DNA from: a virus
Lineage: Duplodnaviria > Caudoviricetes
Length of the DNA stretch: 64,000 nucleotides
Virus record (IMG/VR): IMGVR_UViG_3300037400_002076
Coordinates: 7,717 to 71,716 of that record
Direction: 5' to 3' (one strand)
Part shown: in pieces, positions 20,391-30,509 of the stretch
Numbering within the stretch: position 1 is the stretch's first letter
How the letters are laid out: each line of letters opens with the position of its first letter
Notes under the pieces: generated by a model
Database searches by the model: none
The model's input: the letters and a program-made list of their open reading frames with translations, nothing else
Told to the model about the DNA's origin: nothing
Position numbers and translations under genes: made by a program

Positions 20391-21245
20391 TTGCTCATGT
20401 TTACTCGTATTGTTTTTCTGTATCATATAAAGGTCAATGACGACAATTATTATTACACTAATTCGAACCGCAATCTCATTTTTAACGAAAATGAATATAT
20501 TGCGATTCCGATAAAACATGCTAGTATCGAGAGTGATAGTGATGAGGTGACTAAATCTAAAATTGACGTCAATATGACTAATCAGTGTGATTTTATCAAC
20601 GCTATGATGAGCCAGTATGACGCTTTTATAACCGAGCTGACTATCTACCGCTATTACACTTCTACAGGCGATGTCGAAACAGAGTTTAAAGGTACTATGA
20701 GTACAATTGAGTTTTCCGTTAAAGACGCAAAAGTATCGTTCGCTAACGTGCTTTATGATACTCAACGTATGGCTATGAGAATGGTATTTCAGCGTCAGTG
20801 TCCTTTCGCTTTGTACGGAAGCCAATGCAGAGTAAATAAACTTGATTACGCTCAACAGACCGATGTCGCTGATTGGACTAAAGTAGATGATTATCACTTG
20901 CATTACTCTGGAAGTGTGGAATTATCATCTCGTTTAACAGGCGGTATCCTGCAATTCCCTAACGGTGCTTATTTCTTTATACGTTACTTTAATACGGAAG
21001 AAAACACTATAACAGTGTCTCGCCCTATCTATACCGCATACTTCCCTAACAGCGGTTCGATAACTCTGTACGAGGGGTGCGACCGAACTATCGAAACATG
21101 TGAAAAGCACTTTCATAATTCAGAAAACTATGGGGGTTTTGTTATGCTACCATTAGATACCCCTGTAAATAGGAATCATCTCGCAAATGCAGTGAAAAAA
21201 GATATTGAAGCGTTTAGAGATTACGTCGAGGGTCAGTTAAGATAA
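20391..21245 (+). CDS. Tail tip protein, DUF2163/BR0599-type (Fe-S-like Cys motifs)
   Basis: CPFALYGSQCRVN and GCDRTIETCEKHFHNSENYGGF. Confidence 0.85.
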   Translation: MLMFTRIVFLYHIKVNDDNYYYTNSNRNLIFNENEYIAIPIKHASIESDSDEVTKSKIDVNMTNQCDFINAMMSQYDAFITELTIYRYYTSTGDVETEFKGTMSTIEFSVKDAKVSFANVLYDTQRMAMRMVFQRQCPFALYGSQCRVNKLDYAQQTDVADWTKVDDYHLHYSGSVELSSRLTGGILQFPNGAYFFIRYFNTEENTITVSRPIYTAYFPNSGSITLYEGCDRTIETCEKHFHNSENYGGFVMLPLDTPVNRNHLANAVKKDIEAFRDYVEGQLR

Positions 21246-21255
21246 GGAGTTTGAA

Positions 21256-21471
21256 ATGACTGTTTCAGCAGTATTAGCTATCATAGCTTTAATCGTCGCT
21301 TTGGTTGCGATCTGTGTTGCGTTAAACACAAACATGGATTCTGGCAATCAGGCAGAAAGCAATGCGCCTACTTCCGAGGAGGGTAGAAAAATCGCTGTAG
21401 TACGTGGTACTGCATGGGTATCATCTACTCAAATTACTGTATGGACAAATAACTATACCACGGGCGGTTAA
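21256..21471 (+). CDS. Small tail assembly protein (hydrophobic N-terminus)
   Basis: APTSEEGRKIAVVRGTAWV motif; Chi/YuA-like synteny. Confidence 0.7.
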   Translation: MTVSAVLAIIALIVALVAICVALNTNMDSGNQAESNAPTSEEGRKIAVVRGTAWVSSTQITVWTNNYTTGG

Positions 21472-21472
21472 A

Positions 21473-21697
21473 ATGCTGATAACTCTCAACGATGTACGGC
21501 AAATGGGGTGGTGTATGCAGGGCGTTCGTGATTACTGTATCGCTCATAACATAGACTACAATAAACTGCGTACTACAGGCATCGATAGCACTGAATTGTC
21601 TCACGATAAAATGGCACAGCGAATTATAAGTTTTAAATACCAATGTGGTATCATAGACAACAGTTTGAAAGTAACGGAGAATAAGCAAAATGGGTAG
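21473..21697 (+). CDS. Small tail assembly protein 2
   Basis: MLITLNDVRQMGWCMQGVRDYCIAHNIDY pattern of Chi/YuA-like phages; start coupled to the upstream stop. Confidence 0.7.
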   Translation: MLITLNDVRQMGWCMQGVRDYCIAHNIDYNKLRTTGIDSTELSHDKMAQRIISFKYQCGIIDNSLKVTENKQNG

Positions 21698-24600
21698 TAA
21701 ACCAAAGGGCGCAAAGCCAATTAAGTATCATGCTACGGTTGAACAGGTTATCTGCATGGCCCCTGCTGATGCAATCGTTGAGATCGAGATCAATGACGAA
21801 AAAGCATGGCAAAGGCCTATAACTGAAAACACAGAGTTTTACATTGACGCTCCTGATCTGTTCGGTGGTGACAAATCAGAGGGTGGTGTGCAGGGTTGGT
21901 GCGAGGCTCGTTTTGGCGAAATCGGACAGGCAAAAAGTAACTTCCTTGCACAAAAAGTATCTGATATTTTAAGTGCTACAAGAGGTGTGTTATCCGTCGT
22001 TGCTAAAGATTTTTATCTCGGCATTTCTCCGTATGCAAAATCATGGCACTTTCGTGTTAAATCAACTTTAAAAAACTTTGACTATACTGATATATGGTAT
22101 CAGGAAAAATCAACTATTGCCTATGATGTTGAGGGATTAACATCTCGCTTAGCTTATGCTAAATACGGACTTGACAGCTATCCTCATTACACTTCAAACG
22201 CTACTAACGACCGACTTTTCGGCTTTAGAACCGATACTTCTGTTACTCCATTAGAATTATCTTACGGCGAATCTACTGAATATCATTACCTTTCTCCTGT
22301 TGATTTTGGTGTTACCGATGTGGTAAAAGTTACAAACCAAAAACAATCTTTGATAACCACAAATGACATCAGTTATCTCGCACCTGATACAACGCCTGCA
22401 CTTATAGTATTCCCGTTTGATAATAACGGCTATTACGACGCTAATCGTTACATACAAAACTACGCAGATAGCCTTACTCAGACATCTACTAATGTGTTTC
22501 CAACCAGTCTTGGCGGTTGTCCTTGGGCTTCTCGTAATAAAGGCAAGTGGATCGTTCGTGTACCTACAAATAACGGCGTTGAATACATGTATTCCGTTGG
22601 TTCATATGAAATCCCTAACGCAGGTCATTATGGATACACTTCTATACTTATAAATCTTGGCGGTTCGCTCGGCACTGCAACTGCATATAACAACGTGTTT
22701 ATCTTTTCCGACGGCACTGCTATCTACAAGGCGACTAGAAATTCATCCACGTTTACTGTTGAGGGTTATACTCACCCTAATAATTCTACAAAAAAACAAA
22801 ACACTTATGGTCATACTCTGAAACAGAATACAAACTATTATCCTGGCGATACAATCTATGCTTTTGGTTCAGACAGTCAATACAACATGACCTATCTGCT
22901 CTGTAAAGACAGTAACAATAAATGGTTTATACGTGTTAATAATGCAAAGACTTTGGCAAAGATTGAAGATCTGCAAATCTATCCAACAGGTAGTTTTGTT
23001 CAAGACGATTGTTATTTCCTGCTTACTCAAACCTACATGGTCTGCATATGCGGGCAAAACATTATAACCATGTATAGAACTGTAAACAGTTTAGATGATT
23101 ACGACGGCTCTCAATTAGACTACAACCCTGCTCACGCTATCCGTGAAGCTATTACGTCAAAAGTATGGGGTTTAGGTAAAGACGAAAGTGTTATCGACGA
23201 TGATAACTTCCGTATGGTCGCAGATACTTTATACAACGAAAAGTTAGGTATTAGTTTTGTTTTTGAATCTGATGATAAAGTATCCGACTTTATAGACGAG
23301 GTGTTAAAAACAATTAACGGTACTCTGCGTATCGACAGACGTACGGGGTTAGTGCAGATTAAACTTTTTCGTGCTGATTACGATGTTAACGATCTGCCTG
23401 TTCTCGACATCTCTAATATACTATCCATCGCTGATGTAAAGCGTACAGCTTTGAGTGAGTGCGTTAATCAGGTAACGGTTAAATATAAGAATTACCTTAC
23501 AGGTGAACAGGCTAGTTTGGTATATCAAGACATCGCTCTTATTCAGGCTCAAGGTGAGATAATCAACGCTGATTTCTCTTATGACTACGTTTATTGGCAA
23601 CCTACCGCAGCAAAACTCGCTCAAAAAGATCTGTATGAAGCGTCTAGTCAATTCTTTAGCTGTACTGTTACCATCGGTTTGAGCGGTAGAATGTTAAACA
23701 TTGGCGACTGCGTTGTTTTGAACTTCCCTCATCTTGGTATCGAAAATCTTGTGTTCCGTATCGTAAAAATTTCATACGGCGGTAGCTCCACAAATGAAAT
23801 CAAAATGGAGCTTACACAGGATAAGTTTTTCATGCCAAACACTTTAGGTTACGCAGGCGAGGTTAAACCTATTCAGGAAGAACCGCAGACGCCTACTAAC
23901 ATTGAGTATGCAAAGATATTTGAATTGCCGTTCTACCTCATTTACAAGAACGGCTTGTACAACACTAGTATAACTGACATACCTAACAGTTATGCAACTT
24001 TAGGTGTAATGATCAGTGCATATAATACCTTACGTGTTGACGGCGTTTATCACTACTCTTCTACCGATAGTGCTACATGGACTAATTTAGGTCAGACTGT
24101 AAAGGCTGATTTTGTTCCATCTTGCGTTACTACACAGGCTCTTGATTTATTGACTGATACTGTTACCTTTACACGTGGCAGTTACATGGAATCCGTTGAC
24201 AGAACCTATTTAGGTTTTATCGACGATGAAATCATTGGCATTGGCTCGGTAGATACTCACACTAATACAGTATCTATCGCAAGAGGTCTGTTCGATACTG
24301 TTCCTCAAAAGCATGACGCGGGTGCGGTTATATTCTTTACCGAACCTCAAAACACAGGTATATACAGTTCAAAGGCTGTTATGGTAGCAGGGTATAACTT
24401 CGTGTTCAAAATTCCATACTACAATTCCGACGGTATGCAACCTGTTTCAGAAGCACAGGCTTATTATCTCGTGGATTTAGAAAACGTATTGCGAATGAAA
24501 CGACCTTATCCTATCGCCCGTTTAACCTTTGACGGCAATCTGTTCCCTGAAATGTCTACAATTGATTGGCATTATAGTTCAGCAGTTACCTTTAAACATC

Positions 24601-25079
24601 GCAATAAGTTCGCTCAAATTGATGATAGTTACCTGCCATGGATCAGTGCCACTGACACGTCAGAAGAGGGGGATGTTATCGAGGGTTATACAAGCAAGTA
24701 TGTGTTTACAATGAGCAACAGAAGCGGTAGTGTAACTCACGATTATATAACCACGTCAAATCAGTTTAATCTCTCTCTGCCTTGCGATATTGAAGAGTAT
24801 GCAAAAATTGAATGTAGAAGCAGATTAGAAAATGACAACGATCCTAGTGATTATATAGACAGTTATCAGCCTGTTGTGTTAGAGGGTGAAATTCGAGATA
24901 TAGTAATGTCATTCGCAATAAACAGTTCTGGCACTCTGCAAATCATCGCAAACTACAATTATCCATTAGTCGGTAGCATAGACGAAAATGACAATCTGTT
25001 GATAACTGTGCCAAACGACTTCGATGTTGAGTTTAGCGGTGATAATGAATACAATATGTATAGAACGTTCAAACTGTAA
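21690..25079 (+). CDS. Central tail hub/tip protein (Phage-tail_3 domain)
   Basis: DYNPAHAIREAITSKVWGLG..IDDDNF..ADTLYNEKLGISF; VSIARGLFDTVPQKHDAG. Confidence 0.85.
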   Translation: MGSKPKGAKPIKYHATVEQVICMAPADAIVEIEINDEKAWQRPITENTEFYIDAPDLFGGDKSEGGVQGWCEARFGEIGQAKSNFLAQKVSDILSATRGVLSVVAKDFYLGISPYAKSWHFRVKSTLKNFDYTDIWYQEKSTIAYDVEGLTSRLAYAKYGLDSYPHYTSNATNDRLFGFRTDTSVTPLELSYGESTEYHYLSPVDFGVTDVVKVTNQKQSLITTNDISYLAPDTTPALIVFPFDNNGYYDANRYIQNYADSLTQTSTNVFPTSLGGCPWASRNKGKWIVRVPTNNGVEYMYSVGSYEIPNAGHYGYTSILINLGGSLGTATAYNNVFIFSDGTAIYKATRNSSTFTVEGYTHPNNSTKKQNTYGHTLKQNTNYYPGDTIYAFGSDSQYNMTYLLCKDSNNKWFIRVNNAKTLAKIEDLQIYPTGSFVQDDCYFLLTQTYMVCICGQNIITMYRTVNSLDDYDGSQLDYNPAHAIREAITSKVWGLGKDESVIDDDNFRMVADTLYNEKLGISFVFESDDKVSDFIDEVLKTINGTLRIDRRTGLVQIKLFRADYDVNDLPVLDISNILSIADVKRTALSECVNQVTVKYKNYLTGEQASLVYQDIALIQAQGEIINADFSYDYVYWQPTAAKLAQKDLYEASSQFFSCTVTIGLSGRMLNIGDCVVLNFPHLGIENLVFRIVKISYGGSSTNEIKMELTQDKFFMPNTLGYAGEVKPIQEEPQTPTNIEYAKIFELPFYLIYKNGLYNTSITDIPNSYATLGVMISAYNTLRVDGVYHYSSTDSATWTNLGQTVKADFVPSCVTTQALDLLTDTVTFTRGSYMESVDRTYLGFIDDEIIGIGSVDTHTNTVSIARGLFDTVPQKHDAGAVIFFTEPQNTGIYSSKAVMVAGYNFVFKIPYYNSDGMQPVSEAQAYYLVDLENVLRMKRPYPIARLTFDGNLFPEMSTIDWHYSSAVTFKHRNKFAQIDDSYLPWISATDTSEEGDVIEGYTSKYVFTMSNRSGSVTHDYITTSNQFNLSLPCDIEEYAKIECRSRLENDNDPSDYIDSYQPVVLEGEIRDIVMSFAINSSGTLQIIANYNYPLVGSIDENDNLLITVPNDFDVEFSGDNEYNMYRTFKL

Positions 25080-25092
25080 AAGGAGATTTATC

Positions 25093-25179
25093 ATGTGTAT
25101 TACGGCTTTTATGATCGGTTTGATGATTGGTATTATCGGCAATCTTATGGCAGAGGTGTTACATGACAGGAACAACTAA
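25093..25179 (+). CDS. 28-aa hydrophobic peptide (not in ORF track)
   Basis: AGGAG RBS; MCITAFMIGLMIGIIGNLMAEVLHDRNN*. Confidence 0.5.
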   Translation: MCITAFMIGLMIGIIGNLMAEVLHDRNN

Positions 25180-25522
25180 AACAGTGTTGATCGGTAGCTA
25201 TGTACCTGTGTTTAGAGGTGAATATCGTAGTAACTACGGCACTTACGCAGGGTTTGACAGAGTTACTTTTGACAATGGACTGTACGTATGCTTCAACAGC
25301 GTGGCATCTACAAATAATGTCAAATCTTCAACATCTAATTGGCTGAAAAACTACATCGGCTTTTCTGGCTATGATTATGCTAACAACAGCTCTAATCTGT
25401 ACTTCGGTGATTTTCAGATATACGCAGGTTCAGTGTATGTGATTACAAGTAATTCTACAAACCGAAAGTATGTAGATAGTAACGCTATAAATCTATTTGC
25501 TGACTTATCAAAGGGATATTAA
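25163..25522 (+). CDS. Small tail fibre-associated protein
   Basis: GAGGTG RBS before ATG 25163; Y-rich CBM5/12-like repeats (Y...DRVTFDNGLYVC). Confidence 0.6.
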   Translation: MTGTTKTVLIGSYVPVFRGEYRSNYGTYAGFDRVTFDNGLYVCFNSVASTNNVKSSTSNWLKNYIGFSGYDYANNSSNLYFGDFQIYAGSVYVITSNSTNRKYVDSNAINLFADLSKGY

Positions 25523-25523
25523 A

Positions 25524-26651
25524 ATGACTACCACAAAAACATTTACAATCGGCAGGGCAATCGCTAAAACAGAAAAGTTTGCTCTCGGCACATACTATAT
25601 AAAAGGCGATGTTGTGATTTATGGCAACAGCTTATACTTATGCACTGCGTCTACAAACGGCACTCAATTACCAACTGATACTGACTACTTTACTGTTGCA
25701 TGTAAAGGTATCATTGCTAAAGGCAGTTACGACAGCAATTCGTCTTATGACATTAACGATCTCGTTATCTACAACGGCTCTGCTTATATAAGTGTGGTTA
25801 ACGCCAATTCCAATTTACCTACCGATAATACAAAGTGGATGGCTTTACCTGTATTTAACCTTAATGCAGGCTTCGGTGTCGGCGGTAGATATGCTTTAGT
25901 TAATCCTGACAACGATCTTGTTAGTTTGTGGAATTTGTTTGACAGCGGTTCTATCACGGGTAATATGACTTGGTATGGCGGTTTAACTGCGTTAACTCAA
26001 ACCTACAGACCTATAATTGCTTTCCAAACAGCTTGCCCTTATATCGACTGTGCAGCAGCATATTCTCAATATCATGGTGTTGACAGCACAGTGAAAAATT
26101 ATCAAACAGGTGTTGATTGTAATTGGTCTGACATCGCCTTATCTGACGGCGATAGTATAACCATGAGTTTTTTAGTCTTTCTTAATGCTACTCAAAAATC
26201 CCCTTATATAACACTGTACTCTTCAAGTTGGGAAGCGTCAGACTATGCTACGGCAGACGATAGAGGTTTGACAGTTAGAATGACTAATAATACTTTGTTT
26301 ATTCAGCATCAGCGTGTATCTAACGGTAGTGTCACTTCTGATGTAACTTTAGCAAGCGTTAGTATAAGCAGCTATCTCGTTGCAGGTGCTATGAATGATA
26401 TAACTGTCGTCTTAACACGTACAAGCACTGGCTATACTATCAAATCGTTTGTGAACGGCAATCTGATCTCTACCACAAGCCCTAGCCAAAACTACGATAT
26501 TACTGTAACAAAAGGCTATTTAGGATATGCCTATAACAGCTACATGGAATCGTATCCTAGAGGCTTGGCACAGGTTGCCGTGTACTCAGGCGAAAAGTAT
26601 TCAGCCACTTATACCCCTCAATATGTGTTGTTAAACAAACCTGGCGTTTAG
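25524..26651 (+). CDS. Tail fibre / receptor-binding protein (CBM-like repeats + LamG-like C-terminus)
   Basis: YIKGDVVIYGNSLYLC and YDINDLVIYNGSAYIS repeats; IKSFVNGNL and LAQVAVYSG LamG-like end. Confidence 0.65.
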   Translation: MTTTKTFTIGRAIAKTEKFALGTYYIKGDVVIYGNSLYLCTASTNGTQLPTDTDYFTVACKGIIAKGSYDSNSSYDINDLVIYNGSAYISVVNANSNLPTDNTKWMALPVFNLNAGFGVGGRYALVNPDNDLVSLWNLFDSGSITGNMTWYGGLTALTQTYRPIIAFQTACPYIDCAAAYSQYHGVDSTVKNYQTGVDCNWSDIALSDGDSITMSFLVFLNATQKSPYITLYSSSWEASDYATADDRGLTVRMTNNTLFIQHQRVSNGSVTSDVTLASVSISSYLVAGAMNDITVVLTRTSTGYTIKSFVNGNLISTTSPSQNYDITVTKGYLGYAYNSYMESYPRGLAQVAVYSGEKYSATYTPQYVLLNKPGV

Positions 26652-26659
26652 GAGGTAAT

Positions 26660-26950
26660 ATGAAAGTTTTTATTTCGCAAGGAATGAGAGGAAAAACCAC
26701 TGAACAAATCAAGGCAGAACGACAGGAACTTATCAAATCTTTAAATGAAAGAATAAAAGATGTTGAAATTATAGATTCTTTCATTCCTGATGGCGATAAA
26801 AAAGACCCTGTATATTGTTTAGGTACTTCCATACAGAAACTATCAGAAGCCTACATTGTTGTTTTTACTAGCGATTGGTATAGATTTCGTGGGTGTAAAA
26901 TTGAAATGTCTGTTGCTGTTGAATATGGAAAAATAATTTGGGTTTTGTGA
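26660..26950 (+). CDS. DUF4406 / nucleoside 2-deoxyribosyltransferase-like protein
   Basis: KVFISQGMRG...SDWYRFRGCKIEMSVA. Confidence 0.7.
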   Translation: MKVFISQGMRGKTTEQIKAERQELIKSLNERIKDVEIIDSFIPDGDKKDPVYCLGTSIQKLSEAYIVVFTSDWYRFRGCKIEMSVAVEYGKIIWVL

Positions 26951-27126
26951 TGAAAAGATTTTATTTGTATCTCGCACGTTGGATTTTTAGTGGCTTTGTT
27001 ATGTTGCCCTTTATGATGTTTTTTGAAAGCCTCGGTGCGGACCTTTGGCTTAACATCATTCTAGGGCAATTAATAGGTGCTTGTATATTCTACAAACTAG
27101 ATTCGCTGATTTTTAAACAGTCTTAA
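26950..27126 (+). CDS. Small two-TM membrane protein (GtrA-like or holin-like)
   Basis: TGATG overlap; two hydrophobic helices. Confidence 0.6.
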   Translation: MKRFYLYLARWIFSGFVMLPFMMFFESLGADLWLNIILGQLIGACIFYKLDSLIFKQS

Positions 27127-28698
27127 ATAATTCCTTTCTAATAACGGCTTTATCGTTGTCAATAGCGATAGAGCCGATTCTTTATACCATTCATAGTCAA
27201 TATCATCTGCAATCGCTCGTAACGGCTTAAAATCGCTCGCTATTGCACAGCAGATAGATGTCGGTACTTTTCTACCATTTTTAAACTGCAACGCATTGTC
27301 GCTCGTTTTTGAGTGGTAGAATCGTATCGTCTCCTGCGTACCATTACAGCTTGCTATCGCACAATAATCAGCCAAAGGAATGTCTGATATATAATCATCT
27401 ACGCTTCCACCTTTTGTCAGCATTTGGCATACCAGGTAGTTTACCGCTAAATTCTTGCTCGCTTTGGCTATCTCTCTTTTGTATCCGTAACAGCCTTTGC
27501 CTTTGATACCATGCGGTTTTATCGCAATGTAATTGTTCACATCTTTTCCGTAGTATTTCGTGTAAACAGTCTTTTCAAACTCTAACCCTGATATTGAGGT
27601 GACATAATCAAAAATTGTTTTAGCGTCGCCTGTCTCATTGTCTACAAGCGTGATACCATCAGTGTTCAGTGATAACGCAGGTTTGTCTAACTGTAAACAC
27701 ATGTCTACAATCATCAGAAGATATAACTGACCTGTTAAAGTGATCTGAACGTATGCCTGCGGATTGTATAATTTAGAGTACGGATAGTTCATCTTGCCTG
27801 TCGCTGAATTTAGTACGAGCTTTAACGCTTTTGCCAACGCAGGATTGCTACTCTTAATCGCCAATCTCTTTTGCCGTACTTCGTTATACATACGTACAAA
27901 CTTCTCTCCTAATATCTCTCTTAATACAGGATCGTAGCAAATCAGACTAGGATAATACGAGGTTACATCATAATCGTTTAACTCGGCGTTCGGTTCGGAT
28001 CTGCCGTTTATATCTGCTGAGAAACCATGTAAACCACCTACCCCTATCGTGATCTCTATGTTGTTTAGGGTGAATGTTTGTGGTAACTTCTCATGAGTTA
28101 TCTTACCATCTTGTACGATAAATTCACATGAAAGTACATCGTCTAATATCTTTTTTAATACAGGATTGTGAAACCTTAAATTCTTCGGCGGTTGATAGAA
28201 AAAACGTAATGTTGGCTTATTGTACGCTACCTCAAGATTCGGCAACTTTTCTATAAGCTCCGTTATCGGCGTGTTTAAGAAATCAGTCTTATATTCCCTT
28301 GAAATTGAGAACATCATCTCAACATCTTGCTTTAAAAAATTCTGATATATGTATAAGATATTCTGTGCCTCTAATGCACAGTCGTTTTTGTAATTGTCTT
28401 GAACATGAATCTGCTCTACCCCACACTGACAACATGCTAACTCATATCCGATCTTCTTAACAAGAATACTCATGTTCATTGTTGCCGGGGTCAAACCAAA
28501 ACTCTTGCGTATAAAATTCAATACGTCGTTTCCCCATACAAGAAAACAATTCCTGCTCGCTATAAATCGCTGCAAAACCTCTCTGCTGTCTACGATAAAA
28601 AATTCCCTGCTCTCGTTTATAGCAAAGACAAAACCATTCCTAACAGCACAACACCAACGCTCGTACTGATTAAAATCTCGTTCTAATTTATAGATCAT
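27097..28698 (-). CDS. Family-B DNA polymerase, no recognisable proofreading motifs
   Basis: DYDVTSYYPSLI (motif A), KLVLNSATGK (motif B), NTDGI (motif C). Confidence 0.85.
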   Translation of the reverse strand: MIYKLERDFNQYERWCCAVRNGFVFAINESREFFIVDSREVLQRFIASRNCFLVWGNDVLNFIRKSFGLTPATMNMSILVKKIGYELACCQCGVEQIHVQDNYKNDCALEAQNILYIYQNFLKQDVEMMFSISREYKTDFLNTPITELIEKLPNLEVAYNKPTLRFFYQPPKNLRFHNPVLKKILDDVLSCEFIVQDGKITHEKLPQTFTLNNIEITIGVGGLHGFSADINGRSEPNAELNDYDVTSYYPSLICYDPVLREILGEKFVRMYNEVRQKRLAIKSSNPALAKALKLVLNSATGKMNYPYSKLYNPQAYVQITLTGQLYLLMIVDMCLQLDKPALSLNTDGITLVDNETGDAKTIFDYVTSISGLEFEKTVYTKYYGKDVNNYIAIKPHGIKGKGCYGYKREIAKASKNLAVNYLVCQMLTKGGSVDDYISDIPLADYCAIASCNGTQETIRFYHSKTSDNALQFKNGRKVPTSICCAIASDFKPLRAIADDIDYEWYKESALSLLTTIKPLLERNYLRLFKNQRI

Positions 28699-28709
28699 GA
28701 TAACTAACT

Positions 28710-28952
28710 CTACTTTGAATATCTATAAATCAAAAATCTATCATGCCAAACTATAAACGTCAAGTACATTTTTAATGTCGGCTTTCTATTTGGGTAGTAT
28801 ACCTTATAAAATAATCGTTCCCATTCCTTAAAACTCTTGATAAGATTATTGTCAGGAATAGCATCGTCTAACGTTTCATAATAATCGTGAGAGTGAGCTG
28901 TGCATAGCTCTAACTCTTCTTCAGTAAGTGGTTTGTGTTTCGGTTTTGCCAT
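28710..28952 (-). CDS. Hypothetical protein
   Basis: 80 aa, AAGGA RBS. Confidence 0.7.
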   Translation of the reverse strand: MAKPKHKPLTEEELELCTAHSHDYYETLDDAIPDNNLIKSFKEWERLFYKVYYPNRKPTLKMYLTFIVWHDRFLIYRYSK

Positions 28953-28981
28953 AATCAGAATCCTTTAAAATAAATATCTGT

Positions 28982-28990
28982 ATTATAGCA
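28982..28990 (-). promoter_or_regulatory. Extended -10 promoter for the polymerase operon
   Basis: TGCTATAAT on the - strand directly after a terminator. Confidence 0.55.
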
Positions 28991-29020
28991 AAAACAGAAA
29001 GGGTAGTTTGCACCACCCTC
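28990..29020 (-). terminator. Intrinsic terminator
   Basis: - strand GAGGGTGGT-GCAA-ACTACCCTT-TCTGTTTTT. Confidence 0.7.
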
Positions 29021-29180
29021 TGCTTCTCTTTGTTCATAACCACTACCTTAAAAAATCATAGTAGTTAGAACGTACATAGTTAAAATGATATGCCTTTGTC
29101 ACAGGCTTGAATTTCCTAGTCCTAAACATTTTATACCTCACTGTATTGTTATCTATCAATATGTGAAGTATATCACAAAA

Positions 29181-29699
29181 TTAGTCTTGGTTCAAAACTT
29201 GTGCTTCAATCTTTTCCAATGCTTCGTCTCGCTTCTGCTTCTTGTTTACATAGTAATCTATTGCCTGTTCTAACTCACACTTATGATATGCTTTGTAACT
29301 ATACACGTCTACCTGCTGTATGCCTAAATCAAAACACAATGACCTTACTGATGAATATGATTTTCCTCTGTAGGTTATCTTTTTCTTTGACGGATTAACA
29401 GGGGTTGTTAACGCTTTTTTTGTTTCCCAACCTATCGACAGTCTTTCTTTTAATGTCGTATATGGAATACCCCAGGCGGCCGCCATGTCTTTTAGGCGTC
29501 TGTACTCAATGTTGTTATGATCCGTATATCCATTACTCTTGTATTCCTCCATAAACTCGGTCAGACCTGTTTTAGCATCCACGCCACCATGCCTGTGAGA
29601 CCACATGTACAGGATGTTTGGTAAAATGTCGTATGTATCGCAGAATGATTTGAGCGATGAAAATTCCATTCCGTCATACTTGTAAATTGTCCTTGCCAT
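29181..29699 (-). CDS. Repeat DNA-binding protein (3 NUMOD1/IENR1-like modules)
   Basis: YDGMEFSSLKSFCDTYDI / DHNNIEYRRLKDMAAAWGI / YRGKSYSSVRSLCFDLGI. Confidence 0.65.
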   Translation of the reverse strand: MARTIYKYDGMEFSSLKSFCDTYDILPNILYMWSHRHGGVDAKTGLTEFMEEYKSNGYTDHNNIEYRRLKDMAAAWGIPYTTLKERLSIGWETKKALTTPVNPSKKKITYRGKSYSSVRSLCFDLGIQQVDVYSYKAYHKCELEQAIDYYVNKKQKRDEALEKIEAQVLNQD

Positions 29700-29702
29700 G
29701 TC

Positions 29703-30509
29703 TTATACCCTCTTCTTTTTCCCTCTGTTTGTTAATTCGCCTTTCAGTTTTTTGTCTAACACAATGTCAAACGCCCATTGTCCGTCTAGGTTATGCACAA
29801 ACTGCTGATACTGTACTCGGTGATACTCTATTCCTGCTACCTGACACATCTTTTGCAGGCTAGTATATGTCTCGCCGTTGTATGTGTAGGTTTTCTTTTT
29901 GTGCGATTTTAAAAACTCACATGCCTGTACTGTATCGTATTCATATTTGTGCAAACAACTGTAAAATGTGTTAAGGTTAAAATTGTTTGCCTTGCACAAC
30001 GCTGAATATGACCTGTATTTCACACCGTTATCATCTACAATGTTGCTCTTGTATTCAGCACATTTCTTTAGGTCATAACCTCTATTCATTCTCGCCAGAT
30101 ATGTAGCATAATCGACATTGTGATACGCAGCCATTTCTTTGAATGTCTTGAATTGATTACCTAAATGATCTACCTTTTTCAGCGATGCTACCTCAATTGC
30201 CTGCTCAACACTTAATCCGTACTGCTTCTGCTTACATCGTACTGTAGCTCGTTTGATTCCGAGCTTTTCACACGCTTCCTTAATTGTCTTGTATCGAACT
30301 CCGTATACAGTTACAGGAACACATCTTGAATCAGTATGCCGTTTGTATTTTTTTGGAGGTTTGTTGACGAAATACAAGCATGTTTCCTCGCAAGTGAAAT
30401 TACGTCTGTGCTTTACTCGGATAAAGTTTTGATACGCCCAACCTCTTGCTTTGCACAATTCCTTAACGTTTGGATAACCAACACCCTGCTCGTCAAAAAC
30501 TTTAATCAT
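29703..30509 (-). CDS. Repeat DNA-binding protein (5 NUMOD1/IENR1-like modules)
   Basis: DEQGVGYPNVKELC / VYGVRYKTIKEAC / DHLGNQFKTFKEMA / DDNGVKYRSYSALC / YNGETYTSLQKMC. Confidence 0.65.
   Translation of the reverse strand: MIKVFDEQGVGYPNVKELCKARGWAYQNFIRVKHRRNFTCEETCLYFVNKPPKKYKRHTDSRCVPVTVYGVRYKTIKEACEKLGIKRATVRCKQKQYGLSVEQAIEVASLKKVDHLGNQFKTFKEMAAYHNVDYATYLARMNRGYDLKKCAEYKSNIVDDNGVKYRSYSALCKANNFNLNTFYSCLHKYEYDTVQACEFLKSHKKKTYTYNGETYTSLQKMCQVAGIEYHRVQYQQFVHNLDGQWAFDIVLDKKLKGELTNRGKKKRV

Noticed and set aside
16192-26651. Diversity-generating retroelement or invertible fibre cassette
   Set aside because: No reverse transcriptase, invertase or TR/VR repeat pair was seen in the window.
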